NCBI GenBank assembly: GCA_002339355.1
Contig: DDKQ01000113.1
Coordinates: 1-41,215 of the forward strand
Reading direction: 5' to 3'
Length of the DNA stretch: 41,215 nucleotides
Source: Candidatus Subteraquimicrobium carltonvillense
GTDB taxonomy: Bacteria; Actinomycetota; Aquicultoria; Subteraquimicrobiales; Subteraquimicrobiaceae
Shown: positions 28,059 to 36,523 of the stretch, in pieces
How positions within the stretch are numbered: position 1 is the first letter of the stretch
Layout: every line of letters begins with the position of its first letter
Notes under the pieces: generated by a model
Database searches by the model: none
What the model saw: only the letters and a program-made list of their open reading frames with translations
What the model was told of the DNA's origin: nothing
Program-made: the position numbers and the translations under genes

Positions 28059-28099
28059 GTTATTGCAGCGAAAAGCCATTTCTGCTAATCTTTTTCTGC

Positions 28100-28133
28100 A
28101 ATTTTGATTTTTGATTTTTGCATTTTAAATTTG
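28100..28133. repeat. AT-rich heptamer array (ATTTTTG family), reverse orientation of the 20777 array
   Basis: AATTTTG/ATTTTTG/ATTTTTG/CATTTTA/AATTTG in the yajC-secD spacer. It is followed by the hairpin CAGGAC-ttat-GTCCTG (28134-28149). Confidence 0.65.
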
Positions 28134-28164
28134 CAGGACTTATGTCCTGAAATGGGAGAAGTGA

Positions 28165-29439
28165 ATGACCAGCAAGCAGAAGTACTTTTTAAGTATAGGT
28201 TTTGTCCTAATATTGGTTGCTGTTTGCGTTTATTTCATAATTAAGGACCCTCCCAAGCTGGGGCTGGATTTGAAGGGCGGGATGCACGTCATCCTCTCCG
28301 CAAAGGAGAAGCCGGGTGCACCTGTGACTGAACGATCCATGGAACAGGCTTTGTTTGTCATTCGACAGCGCGTGGATAAGCTCGGTGTAACCGAACCGCA
28401 AATTGAACGTCAGGGCAGGAACAGTATTCTGGTACAGCTCCCGGGGATAAAAAATCCACAAAAAGCTTTGGAGATAATCGGTAAAACAGCTCTACTAGAA
28501 TTCATCGAGGTAAAGGGCACAGATAAAGAGGGCAAGGTGATTCTGGGCAAGGTGTTGATGACCGGGAAGGCTTTGAAGAATGCCCGTCCGAGCTTTGGGG
28601 AGCTGAGTAAACCCATAGTTGAGATAGAATTCACTAAGGAAGGAACGAAAAAATTTGCCGATGTCACCACGCGATATGTGAGGCAGCGTCTGGCCATCGT
28701 CTTGGATAAAGAGGTGATGTCCGCACCCGTGATACAGGAGCCCATCACCGGAGGTCGAGCCATAATTACTGGCCTAGATTCCATCGATGAAGCGAAAAGG
28801 ATCGCCTTGGTGTTGCAGACGGGTGCATTGCCTGTGGAACTGGATATCTCAGAGAGCAAAACCGTCGGTCCCACACTGGGTTGGGACTCTCTAATGGCTG
28901 GCTTGAGAGCTGGCATTCTGGGATTGATTTTGGTCGCTCTATTCATGGTGATTTACTACAGATTATTCGGGGTTATTACCTGGCTGACTTTGGGCGTTTT
29001 CGCCACGTTTTTATTTGGTCTCTTAGTGGCGGTGAATGCCATCCTTACCTCCTTCGGACTGGCTGGGATAAATCTCTCCCTGCCGAGTATAGCCGGTATA
29101 ATTCTAATAATTGGAGTTGCCGCCGATTCGAGCATCATCGTCTTCGAGAGGATAAAGGAAGAAGTACGGAGGGGGAAGACCATCCGCACTGCCCTGGATA
29201 CTGGTTTTAGCCATGGTTTTAAGACCTTTTTGGATGCCGACCTTGTTACTTTTACCACCGCAGCAATTCTTTTTTACTTTGGCATAGGTCCCGTTCGCGG
29301 TTTCGCCTTAATCTTGATGCTGGGGATCGTGTGTGACCTTTTTACCTCTTTCTTTTTCACAAGGGCGATACTGGGTCTTATGAGTTTTACCAAGTTGTGG
29401 AGAAATCCTAAGCTCTTTGGTTTGGAAAGAAAGGGTTAG
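28165..29439 (+). CDS. secD: Protein translocase subunit SecD
   Basis: 424 aa. LGLDLKGG, a periplasmic P1 domain, and a C-terminal 6-TM bundle with ILIIGVAADSSIIVFERIKEE. Confidence 0.93.
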   Translation: MTSKQKYFLSIGFVLILVAVCVYFIIKDPPKLGLDLKGGMHVILSAKEKPGAPVTERSMEQALFVIRQRVDKLGVTEPQIERQGRNSILVQLPGIKNPQKALEIIGKTALLEFIEVKGTDKEGKVILGKVLMTGKALKNARPSFGELSKPIVEIEFTKEGTKKFADVTTRYVRQRLAIVLDKEVMSAPVIQEPITGGRAIITGLDSIDEAKRIALVLQTGALPVELDISESKTVGPTLGWDSLMAGLRAGILGLILVALFMVIYYRLFGVITWLTLGVFATFLFGLLVAVNAILTSFGLAGINLSLPSIAGIILIIGVAADSSIIVFERIKEEVRRGKTIRTALDTGFSHGFKTFLDADLVTFTTAAILFYFGIGPVRGFALILMLGIVCDLFTSFFFTRAILGLMSFTKLWRNPKLFGLERKG

Positions 29440-29443
29440 TACC

Positions 29444-30325
29444 ATGCGATTTGATTTCATAGGGAGAAAGAAAATCTGGTTCGCTCTATCCGGTGTCATT
29501 ATCCTCATTGGTTTCCTGGCCATCATTTTTCGAGGGTTGAATTTCGGGATCGAGTTTAAAGGGGGGACTCTTTTCGATATCAAATTTGCAAAACCCGTTG
29601 AAGTATACCAGGTGCGTAAGGAACTTAAAGCTTTTAATCTTGGGGGAAGTACCATTCAACCCACAGGTAAAAACGAGGTGCTCATCCGGTGCCGATCTCT
29701 ATCTTCAAGGCAACAACAGAAGGTGATAAAGGCTTTGGATGAGAAATTTGGCATCAAGGATCATTCAATTCAAAATGTGGGACCGGGGTGGGGTGGACAC
29801 ATCACCAGAGCCGCTCTCATTGCCCTTGTTCTGTGCTTATGTGGTCTATTGCTGTATATAAGCATGCGTTTTGAATTTAAAATGGCGGTTACGGCCACCA
29901 CAGCCCTCTTCCACGACATTTTGATCGCCATGGGTATCTACGCTCTCGTGGGGAGAGTAATAACGCCAAATACGATAGCCGCCCTTTTGACCATCCTTGG
30001 TTACTCGCTCTATGACACGATCGTCGTCTATCATAAGATAATGGAGAACACTCCAAGAATGAGCAAGCAAACATACGGTGGTATGGTCAACGATTCCATA
30101 AATCAAGTCCTGGCAAGATCCATAAATACCTCACTCACCACACTCTTTCCCATAATTTGTCTTCTTTTAATAGGGGGTGAGACCCTAAAGGACTTCGCCT
30201 TTGTCTTATTCATCGGCCTCACCTCAGCGACTTATTCTTCTATCTTCACCGCCAGTCCACTCCTCACTCTTTGGAAGGAAACCGAACCTCGATATAGGAG
30301 TCTCAAAGCGAAGTATGAAAGATAG
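29444..30325 (+). CDS. secF: Protein translocase subunit SecF
   Basis: MRFDFIGRKK..., GIEFKGGT, and HDILIAMGIYAL...LGYSLYDTIVVYHKI. The ATG lies 4 nt after the secD stop. The track ORF opens at 29417. Confidence 0.92.
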   Translation: MRFDFIGRKKIWFALSGVIILIGFLAIIFRGLNFGIEFKGGTLFDIKFAKPVEVYQVRKELKAFNLGGSTIQPTGKNEVLIRCRSLSSRQQQKVIKALDEKFGIKDHSIQNVGPGWGGHITRAALIALVLCLCGLLLYISMRFEFKMAVTATTALFHDILIAMGIYALVGRVITPNTIAALLTILGYSLYDTIVVYHKIMENTPRMSKQTYGGMVNDSINQVLARSINTSLTTLFPIICLLLIGGETLKDFAFVLFIGLTSATYSSIFTASPLLTLWKETEPRYRSLKAKYER

Positions 30326-30331
30326 TTCGTA

Positions 30332-30359
30332 TTGTGATTTAGGTCACTTGTTGTATACT
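30332..30359 (+). promoter_or_regulatory. Putative promoter for the phasin-like/ubiB-like genes
   Basis: TTGTGA (30332-30337), a 16-nt spacer, then TATACT (30354-30359). Confidence 0.35.
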
Positions 30360-30394
30360 ATGGTTAAATTGGCATGAATCGGAAAGGAGGAAGG

Positions 30395-30733
30395 ATGATG
30401 GACCTCGTTGAAAAAGGCATCTTAACTTTTTTAGGTGCTTGGCTTCTCCTTCACGAGAAGGCTCACGAAGTTATAGTAGATTTAATCGAGAAGGGCAAGG
30501 CTGCTCCAGGAGAAGGCAAATATTTTATCGAGGATTTATCGAAGCGGGTTGATGAGGAAAAGGAGGAGCTCAAAAAGAAGATAAGTGAGTGTGCGCATAT
30601 CGCTTTAAAAGAAGCGGGTTTTGCCACCGACGGTGATGTCAAAATGTTAACTCGTCGTCTAAATGATCTTGAAAAACGGCTTAAAAGCCTGGAGAAGGGG
30701 ATCGGTAAGGAACCCAGGAAATCCAAGATGTAA
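30395..30733 (+). CDS. Phasin-family (COG3937-like) coiled-coil protein, copy 1
   Basis: MMDLVEKGILTFLGAWLL..EKA.E.I.DLIEKGK...EGK.FIEDL...... and a C-terminal heptad coil. The ATG at 30395 follows AAGGAGG. The track ORF opens at 30374. Confidence 0.7.
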   Translation: MMDLVEKGILTFLGAWLLLHEKAHEVIVDLIEKGKAAPGEGKYFIEDLSKRVDEEKEELKKKISECAHIALKEAGFATDGDVKMLTRRLNDLEKRLKSLEKGIGKEPRKSKM

Positions 30734-30760
30734 TTTTCCCTTCAAAAATTTGTTGAAGCA

Positions 30761-30790
30761 AACCCCGTGCTTTAACACGGGTTCTTTTAT
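30761..30790 (+). terminator. Rho-independent terminator-like hairpin
   Basis: AACCCCGTG-ctttaa-CACGGGTT followed by CTTTTAT. Confidence 0.6.
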
Positions 30791-30817
30791 ATATGATATT
30801 TGAGAAGGAGTTTAACC

Positions 30818-31159
30818 ATGGACGATTTATTGGAAAGAAGTTTTCTGGTAGCTTTGGGTTTATTGCTCCTCGTTCATGAGAGGACCGATGAGTTCATCAA
30901 AGATCTAATCTCTAAGGGAAAGATTAGTCCCAAAGAGGGAAAGCAGTATATGGAGGATTTATCCAAACGTGTCAATGTACGGAAAGAGCAATTGGAGAAG
31001 CTTGTTATTGATAGTCTCAGATCGGCTTTGAAGAGGGCGGGTATGTCAACCGATTCCGACTTTGAAAAACTCGACTTCAATCTGCGAGAAATCGAGAATC
31101 GAATCGTTGTCTTGGAAAATAGGATGGATGTTCTTGAGGCCAAAAAGAGAGAAGGATGA
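30818..31159 (+). CDS. Phasin-family (COG3937-like) coiled-coil protein, copy 2
   Basis: MDDLLERSFLVALGLLLLVHERTDEFIKDLISKGKISPKEGKQYMEDLSKRV is collinear with copy 1. The ATG follows GAAGGAG. The track ORF opens at a TTG at 30800. Confidence 0.7.
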   Translation: MDDLLERSFLVALGLLLLVHERTDEFIKDLISKGKISPKEGKQYMEDLSKRVNVRKEQLEKLVIDSLRSALKRAGMSTDSDFEKLDFNLREIENRIVVLENRMDVLEAKKREG

Positions 31160-31183
31160 CATCATATCACATAGGTCTAAAGC

Positions 31184-32890
31184 TTGATTAATAATTCATT
31201 TAAGAAAGTGAGAGCGAATTGGGTGAAAAGCTGGAGAAGAAAGCGGCGTAATATTAAACGACTTTGTGGTATTGCTCAAATTGTCGTAAAACATGGTCTA
31301 GGCTTCTATTTGGAGAGGTATCGTCTCAAAAAATTCCTACCTAGGGAAAAGCGAAGATTAAAATTCGAGCCTCCACCCCGCGAGGTGTTTGCCAAAAGAC
31401 TGCGGATGTGTCTCGAAGAACTCGGTCCAACCTTTGTCAAAGTTGGGCAGCTCCTCAGCGTAAGACCTGATCTCGTCCCCCCGGAAGTAATCTTCGAATT
31501 GGAGAAGCTCCAGGACACTGTACCCCCTTTTGATTTCGATATTGCTCGTGAGCAGATTTTCCACGAGTTCGGCAAGGAGTTGGAGGAACTTTATTCCCAC
31601 TTTGAACCCATCCCTTTGGCTGCGGCTTCCATCGCGCAGGTTCACCGGGCCAGGCTCCCCGATGGTCGGGAAGTCGTAGTCAAGGTCCAGCGACCGGAGG
31701 CTGAGAAAAGAATTGAAGCCGATATCGACCTGCTTTATTACGTAGCCAGGTGGGTTTCCCGACACGTGAAATCCTTGGAATTTTTGGATTTAGTGGGGTT
31801 GGTGGATGAATTGGCTGCTTCCCTACGTCGAGAGATCGACTTTCGGGTGGAAGGTCGCCATGTTGATAGATTCAGATTCAATTTTCGGAATGACCCACTC
31901 TTAAAGATCCCCTTGGTCATCTGGCCATGTTCGAGTAAACGCATTCTGACCATGGAATATATAGAGGGAACCAAGATCAGTGACCTTGCGACACCGGAGT
32001 CTCTGGGAATTGATACCTATGATCTAGCAATACATGGTGCAAAAGCAATTATGAAACAGGTGTTGGTGGATGGCTTCTTCCATGGGGATCTTCACCCCGC
32101 GAATATTCTCATCACACCCGATGGGAAGATAGCCTACCTGGATTTCGGGATCGTCGGTCAGATAAAGGAGCAGGATAAGGAGACTATCACTCGAATGCTC
32201 ATCGCCATCATTAATAAGGATGTTGACGAGGTCGTTGCCCAATGCCAGAAACTCGGCGTACAGATTTCCCCCGATAGGATAAACACCATGAAGCCTCAAT
32301 TTCGAGACATCCTGGATCGATACTATGGTAGAAAACTTGGCGAGTTAAAAATTGATATCATTGGAAGGGAGTTCCTGGAATTAATTTACGAGAATAGGAT
32401 CAGGATTCCAAAGGATTACGCCCTTTTGGCCAAAGCTCTGATCACCGTAGAAGGTGTTTGCAAACAACTATATCCGCAGATAAACATCCTCGAAGTGGCA
32501 AAACCCTATGCCATGGAGTTGTTCAAATCATATTACCCCCCTGAAAGGGTTCTTCAGGATATATGGGAGGAGATCAAGTTCTATGCCCTAATTTTCCGTG
32601 ACTATCCGAAACAGTTACATGACATTTTGAAGCAAACGAGCGAAGGTAAATTGGAGGTCATTTCCAGGGATCCTGCGTCAGAGGATATCTCCCGCAAAAT
32701 GGACATCTTTGCCCGAAACGTTATAATCAGCATTTTCGCCGCAGCCATTTTTATTGGCTCATCCTTGGCTTACATTTTGCCATCTAAGAGTGGTAGTTCT
32801 CCCTCTCCCTTGGCCATCATTGGTTTTGTCATCGCTGCCCTGATGGCTCTCTGGCTTTTTTACTTCACTTCAACACGTCGTTCGAGGTAG
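31184..32890 (+). CDS. ABC1/UbiB-family atypical protein kinase with C-terminal TM helices
   Basis: 568 aa. LGPTFVKVGQLLS.RPDL.P, AAASIAQVH.A.L..G..V.VKVQRP, HGDLHP.NIL and DFG. The start (TTG 31184) is uncertain. Confidence 0.85.
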   Translation: MINNSFKKVRANWVKSWRRKRRNIKRLCGIAQIVVKHGLGFYLERYRLKKFLPREKRRLKFEPPPREVFAKRLRMCLEELGPTFVKVGQLLSVRPDLVPPEVIFELEKLQDTVPPFDFDIAREQIFHEFGKELEELYSHFEPIPLAAASIAQVHRARLPDGREVVVKVQRPEAEKRIEADIDLLYYVARWVSRHVKSLEFLDLVGLVDELAASLRREIDFRVEGRHVDRFRFNFRNDPLLKIPLVIWPCSSKRILTMEYIEGTKISDLATPESLGIDTYDLAIHGAKAIMKQVLVDGFFHGDLHPANILITPDGKIAYLDFGIVGQIKEQDKETITRMLIAIINKDVDEVVAQCQKLGVQISPDRINTMKPQFRDILDRYYGRKLGELKIDIIGREFLELIYENRIRIPKDYALLAKALITVEGVCKQLYPQINILEVAKPYAMELFKSYYPPERVLQDIWEEIKFYALIFRDYPKQLHDILKQTSEGKLEVISRDPASEDISRKMDIFARNVIISIFAAAIFIGSSLAYILPSKSGSSPSPLAIIGFVIAALMALWLFYFTSTRRSR

Positions 32891-32923
32891 AAATCGCAAA
32901 CAATTTCCCATCTCTATTATAAT

Positions 32924-32965
32924 GATTACACAGATTTTTTCCATAATCTGTGTAATCTGCTTTTT
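32924..32965 (+). terminator. Terminator-like hairpin after the ubiB-like gene
   Basis: A perfect 13-bp stem GATTACACAGATT / AATCTGTGTAATC with an 8-nt loop, followed by TGCTTTTT. Confidence 0.5.
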
Positions 32966-32978
32966 AATCAGTGTAATC

Positions 32979-33005
32979 AGACATCCTGATCTTTATAGGA
33001 TGTCT
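32979..33005. repeat. Perfect 9-bp inverted repeat AGACATCCT-9 nt-AGGATGTCT
   Basis: Read directly from the sequence. It lies 88 nt upstream of the relA start. Confidence 0.8.
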
Positions 33006-33092
33006 ATTATCAGTATTGAGAATCTGATAAAATTAAAAGAGCCAAGGCTAAATGCCGAATTTAGCAATGGAGACACCTTAGGGTGATTTTAA

Positions 33093-35249
33093 GTGCATCG
33101 TGTGGAGAAATTAATCAAACAGATAAAAAAGTATAACCCTCAGGCTGATGTTAAATTAATAAAGCGTGCCTATCAAGTTGCCAGGGATTGCCACGTTGAC
33201 CAGTTTCGGAAATCCGGGGACGAATTCATCGAACACCCACTTGGAGTCGCCCAGATTTTAGCTGACCTGGAGTTGGATACTACCACAATAATTGCTGCTC
33301 TGCTCCACGATGCCGTCGAGGATACGAGTCTCACCTTGGAGAGGATAAGGGACGAATTCGGGGACGAAATCTGCAATTTGATCGATGGTGTGACCAAATT
33401 AAGCAAGATAAAATTCAAAAGCCATGAGGAGCAGCAAGCGGAGAATCTTCGCAAAATGTTAATCGCCATGGCAAAGGATATCAGGGTTATCCTCATCAAG
33501 CTGGCCGACAGACTTCACAATATGCGTACCATCTCTCATCTTCCCCGAGAAAAGCAGAGGAGAATAGCCTCCGAAACTCTGGAGATATACGCTCCAATTG
33601 TCCATCGTCTGGGTATATCCCAGGTAAAATGGGAATTGGAAGATTTGGCTTTTTCCGTCCTGGAACCACGGAAATATGCTCAAATTGAGAAGATGGTTGC
33701 CGAATCCAGGGAGGAGAGAGGGGTCTACGTCAATGCGGTGATAAAAGCCTTGGCGAAGGAGCTCAATTCCGTGGAAATAAAGTGCGAGATTAGCGGTCGG
33801 CCAAAGCATTTTTACAGTATTTACCAGAAAATGGTTCAGAAGGGCAGGGAGTTCAGCGAGATTTATGATCTTACAGCCATGAGGGTTATCGTTGACTCGA
33901 TCAGGGACTGCTACGGTGCTTTGGGGACGATTCATTCCGTTTGGAAGCCTGTACCTGGAAGATTCAAGGATTACATCGCCATGCCCAAGTTCAACATGTA
34001 TCAATCCTTGCATACCACGGTCATCGGTCCCATGGGGCGTCCCTTGGAGATTCAAATCCGAACAAAACAGATGCACAAGACTGCGGAGTATGGAATCGCC
34101 GCTCACTGGAGGTACAAGGAAGGCGTCAAGGAAAGCGATGAATTTGATGAGAGGCTCGCATGGTTGCGACAGATACTAGAATGGCAGAGTGAACTGAAGG
34201 ATCCCAGGGAGTTCATGGAGACGCTGAAGATCGACCTCTTTGAGGACGAGGTTTTCGTGTTCACTCCCAAAGGAGATGTCGTCAGTCTCCCCTCGGGCTC
34301 AACACCTATAGATTTTGCATATACCATCCATACCGATGTGGGGCACAGTTGCATTGGGGCTAAGGTAAATAACCAAATCGTCCCACTGAACTACAAACTC
34401 CAGATGGGAGATATAGTGGAGATTTTGACATCCAAGACCGCTTCTGGACCCAGCAAGGATTGGCTTCAAATTGTTAAAACATCGAGGGCGAAAAGCAAGA
34501 TCAAGCAGTGGTTCGGTAAATTGGGGAGAGAGGATAGTGAGCATCTGGGAAAAGAAGCCTTACAGAAGATCCTCCGAAAACGCGGTCTGGGTCTGCACAG
34601 TGCCACTTCCGATATCCTCGAGTCCGTTGCAAAGGAATTCAATTTCCATAAAATTGAGGATCTTTATGCAAGCGTTGGAATGGGAAAGACCTCGGCAAAG
34701 CAGGTGGCCACCAGGCTCATTACTACCCTTAAAGAAGAGAAACCCGCGGAAGAAGAAAAGATTTTGGTTGCTCCTCCCCGGAAAAGGAGGACTCGCCCCA
34801 TCACCGGGGTGAAGATCAAAGGCTTAGAGGATGCACTGGTGAGACTGGCTCGCTGTTGCAATCCTGTTCCCAGAGATGAGATAATCGGTTTTGTGACCCG
34901 GGGAAGGGGTGTTTCCGTACACCGTAGGGATTGTCCCAATGCAAAGCAGCTTTTATCCTCCCCAGACCGGCTGATCGAGATTTATTGGGATGTTCGATAT
35001 CCCGCAGCTTTTCAGGTGGAGATCCAGGTGGAAGCGATTGATAGGATGAAATTGCTTCGGGATATAAGCTCTGTGATTTCCGATGCTGGGGTTAACATCC
35101 TTTCCGCCAATGTGACCACCACCCGAGATGGTTTTGCCATTTTCAGATTTTCCTTCGAGATAGAAAATTTAGAGCGGTTGGAGGATATTCTATTCAACAT
35201 AAGGAAAATAGATGCCGTCTTCGATGCCCACCGCGTGTTACCTACCTAA
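33093..35249 (+). CDS. relA: Bifunctional (p)ppGpp synthetase/hydrolase (RelA/SpoT homologue)
   Basis: 718 aa with an HD domain (HPLGVA..LHDAVEDT), a synthetase domain (YRSLHT-type: MYQSLHTTV, HWRYKE), TGS, a zinc-finger/CC region (CCNP..GD.I.G) and a C-terminal ACT domain. GTG start. Confidence 0.95.
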   Translation: MHRVEKLIKQIKKYNPQADVKLIKRAYQVARDCHVDQFRKSGDEFIEHPLGVAQILADLELDTTTIIAALLHDAVEDTSLTLERIRDEFGDEICNLIDGVTKLSKIKFKSHEEQQAENLRKMLIAMAKDIRVILIKLADRLHNMRTISHLPREKQRRIASETLEIYAPIVHRLGISQVKWELEDLAFSVLEPRKYAQIEKMVAESREERGVYVNAVIKALAKELNSVEIKCEISGRPKHFYSIYQKMVQKGREFSEIYDLTAMRVIVDSIRDCYGALGTIHSVWKPVPGRFKDYIAMPKFNMYQSLHTTVIGPMGRPLEIQIRTKQMHKTAEYGIAAHWRYKEGVKESDEFDERLAWLRQILEWQSELKDPREFMETLKIDLFEDEVFVFTPKGDVVSLPSGSTPIDFAYTIHTDVGHSCIGAKVNNQIVPLNYKLQMGDIVEILTSKTASGPSKDWLQIVKTSRAKSKIKQWFGKLGREDSEHLGKEALQKILRKRGLGLHSATSDILESVAKEFNFHKIEDLYASVGMGKTSAKQVATRLITTLKEEKPAEEEKILVAPPRKRRTRPITGVKIKGLEDALVRLARCCNPVPRDEIIGFVTRGRGVSVHRRDCPNAKQLLSSPDRLIEIYWDVRYPAAFQVEIQVEAIDRMKLLRDISSVISDAGVNILSANVTTTRDGFAIFRFSFEIENLERLEDILFNIRKIDAVFDAHRVLPT

Positions 35250-35250
35250 T

Positions 35251-35299
35251 TGAGCTCTGGAGCTCGGTGGCTCAGCTCCCGAAGCCTTAGTTCTCGGGA
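35251..35299. repeat. GC-rich heptamer-periodic, self-complementary array in the relA-dtd spacer
   Basis: GAGCTCT/GGAGCTC/GGTGGCT/CAGCTCC/CGAAGCC/TTAGTTC/TCGGGAA. It contains the hairpins GGAGCT-9-AGCTCC and CCCGA-11-TCGGG. Confidence 0.5.
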
Positions 35300-35317
35300 A
35301 GTTATGAGGGATTCGCC

Positions 35318-35767
35318 TTGAGGGCTGTCGTTCAAAGGGTAAGGAAAGGAAGAGTTTGGATAGGGGATAAGGTTCTTGCGGAAATAGGACAAGGACTCGT
35401 GGTCTTATTGGGTATATCGAGGGAAGATACACAATCAGATGTCAAGTATATGGTGGACAAGATCGCCAATCTCCGTATCTTTGAGGATAGTGAAGGAAAG
35501 TTGAACCTCTCCGTGAAACAAATAGGTGGTGAGATTCTGGTAATTTCGCAATTTACCCTGTATGGGGACTGCAGGAAGGGGAGGCGACCCAGTTTTACTG
35601 ATGTGGCCCCCGCGGATAAAGCAATCGATGTTTACAGGCAAGTTATCTCCGCTCTTCGGGGGGAGGGACTCATCGTAAGAGAAGGGAAATTTCAGGAGAT
35701 CATGACCGTTGAAATCGTAAACTATGGTCCAGTAACTTTGCTGGTAGATAGCAAGAAAACATTCTAA
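35318..35767 (+). CDS. dtd: D-aminoacyl-tRNA deacylase
   Basis: MRAVVQRV...GLVVLLG......VSQFTLYGD..KGRRPSF, the canonical Dtd sequence. TTG start. Confidence 0.93.
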   Translation: MRAVVQRVRKGRVWIGDKVLAEIGQGLVVLLGISREDTQSDVKYMVDKIANLRIFEDSEGKLNLSVKQIGGEILVISQFTLYGDCRKGRRPSFTDVAPADKAIDVYRQVISALRGEGLIVREGKFQEIMTVEIVNYGPVTLLVDSKKTF

Positions 35768-35838
35768 TTAGCTGCAATATTCAGGTAGAAAGTGGAAAAG
35801 TAAGGATTCCTTTTGCTACTGAAACTTTGGAGGATCAG

Positions 35839-36462
35839 ATGATTTTACGCAGGCTTATTGTGGGACCGCTTGCCGCGAATTGCTATATACTCGCTGCATC
35901 AAGGGGATCGGAAGCGGCGATCATCGATCCAGGAGCTGAGGGGGAACGTATCCTAAAAGCAATCGAGGGTGACAATCTAAAGCTCAAGTACATAATAAAT
36001 ACCCATGGTCACTACGACCACTTTGGAGCATGTGATCAATTAGCGAAGGCTACAGGGGCGAAGATCTTTATACACGCCGATGATGCAGAGCTATTGGAAA
36101 AACCCGCGGAAAATCTATCTCTCATTTATGGAGCCCACTCCTCTAGTGCCTCTTGGAATGAACTGCTCAAGGATGGTCAAATTATGACCGTGGGAGAGTT
36201 AAAATTAAAGATTCTCCACACACCGGGTCACACCCGGGGGAGCATCTCCATTCTCGTGGACGATCTTCTGTTTACAGGCGATCTTCTCTTCAAGGGTTCC
36301 GTGGGCCGAACGGATTTTCCCAGCTCATCATGGGATAAACTCATGGAATCGTTGAAAAAGATAATTTCTTTGCCCGATTCCACCATGATATACCCGGGAC
36401 ATGGACCCGAAACCACCCTTATTCAAGAGAAAGAATTGAATCCCTTCTTGCAGGGATTGTAA
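35839..36462 (+). CDS. MBL-fold metallo-hydrolase (glyoxalase II-like)
   Basis: INTHGHYDHFG (HxHxDH), HTPGHT, and GDLLFKGSVGRTD...GHG. The ATG at 35839 follows GGAGGA. The track ORF opens at a TTG at 35827. Confidence 0.85.
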   Translation: MILRRLIVGPLAANCYILAASRGSEAAIIDPGAEGERILKAIEGDNLKLKYIINTHGHYDHFGACDQLAKATGAKIFIHADDAELLEKPAENLSLIYGAHSSSASWNELLKDGQIMTVGELKLKILHTPGHTRGSISILVDDLLFTGDLLFKGSVGRTDFPSSSWDKLMESLKKIISLPDSTMIYPGHGPETTLIQEKELNPFLQGL

Positions 36463-36523
36463 AATAACCTTAAATCACTTCACAGAACCTTAACTCGTAT
36501 ATCTGGCGAAGAGGAGGTTTTAC

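Noticed and set aside
33459-34106. Long antisense ORFs in the track: 215 aa opposite relA, 190 aa at 8304-8876 opposite the rhomboid gene, 178 aa at 28410-28946 opposite secD, 152 aa at 17119-17577, 143 aa at 2555-2986 opposite EF-G, and many of 60-140 aa.
   Set aside because: Each lies fully inside, or antisense to, a gene with unmistakable conserved motifs. They have low-complexity Ser/Pro/Arg-rich translations and no Shine-Dalgarno. These are typical shadow ORFs.
36463-36523. A T-box leader upstream of hisS/aspS, and a preQ1 riboswitch near the que genes (24645-24662, 25477-25488, 26551-26593).
   Set aside because: The spacers are only 12-61 nt, far too short for a T-box (~200 nt). None shows the preQ1 aptamer hairpin with an A-rich tail.
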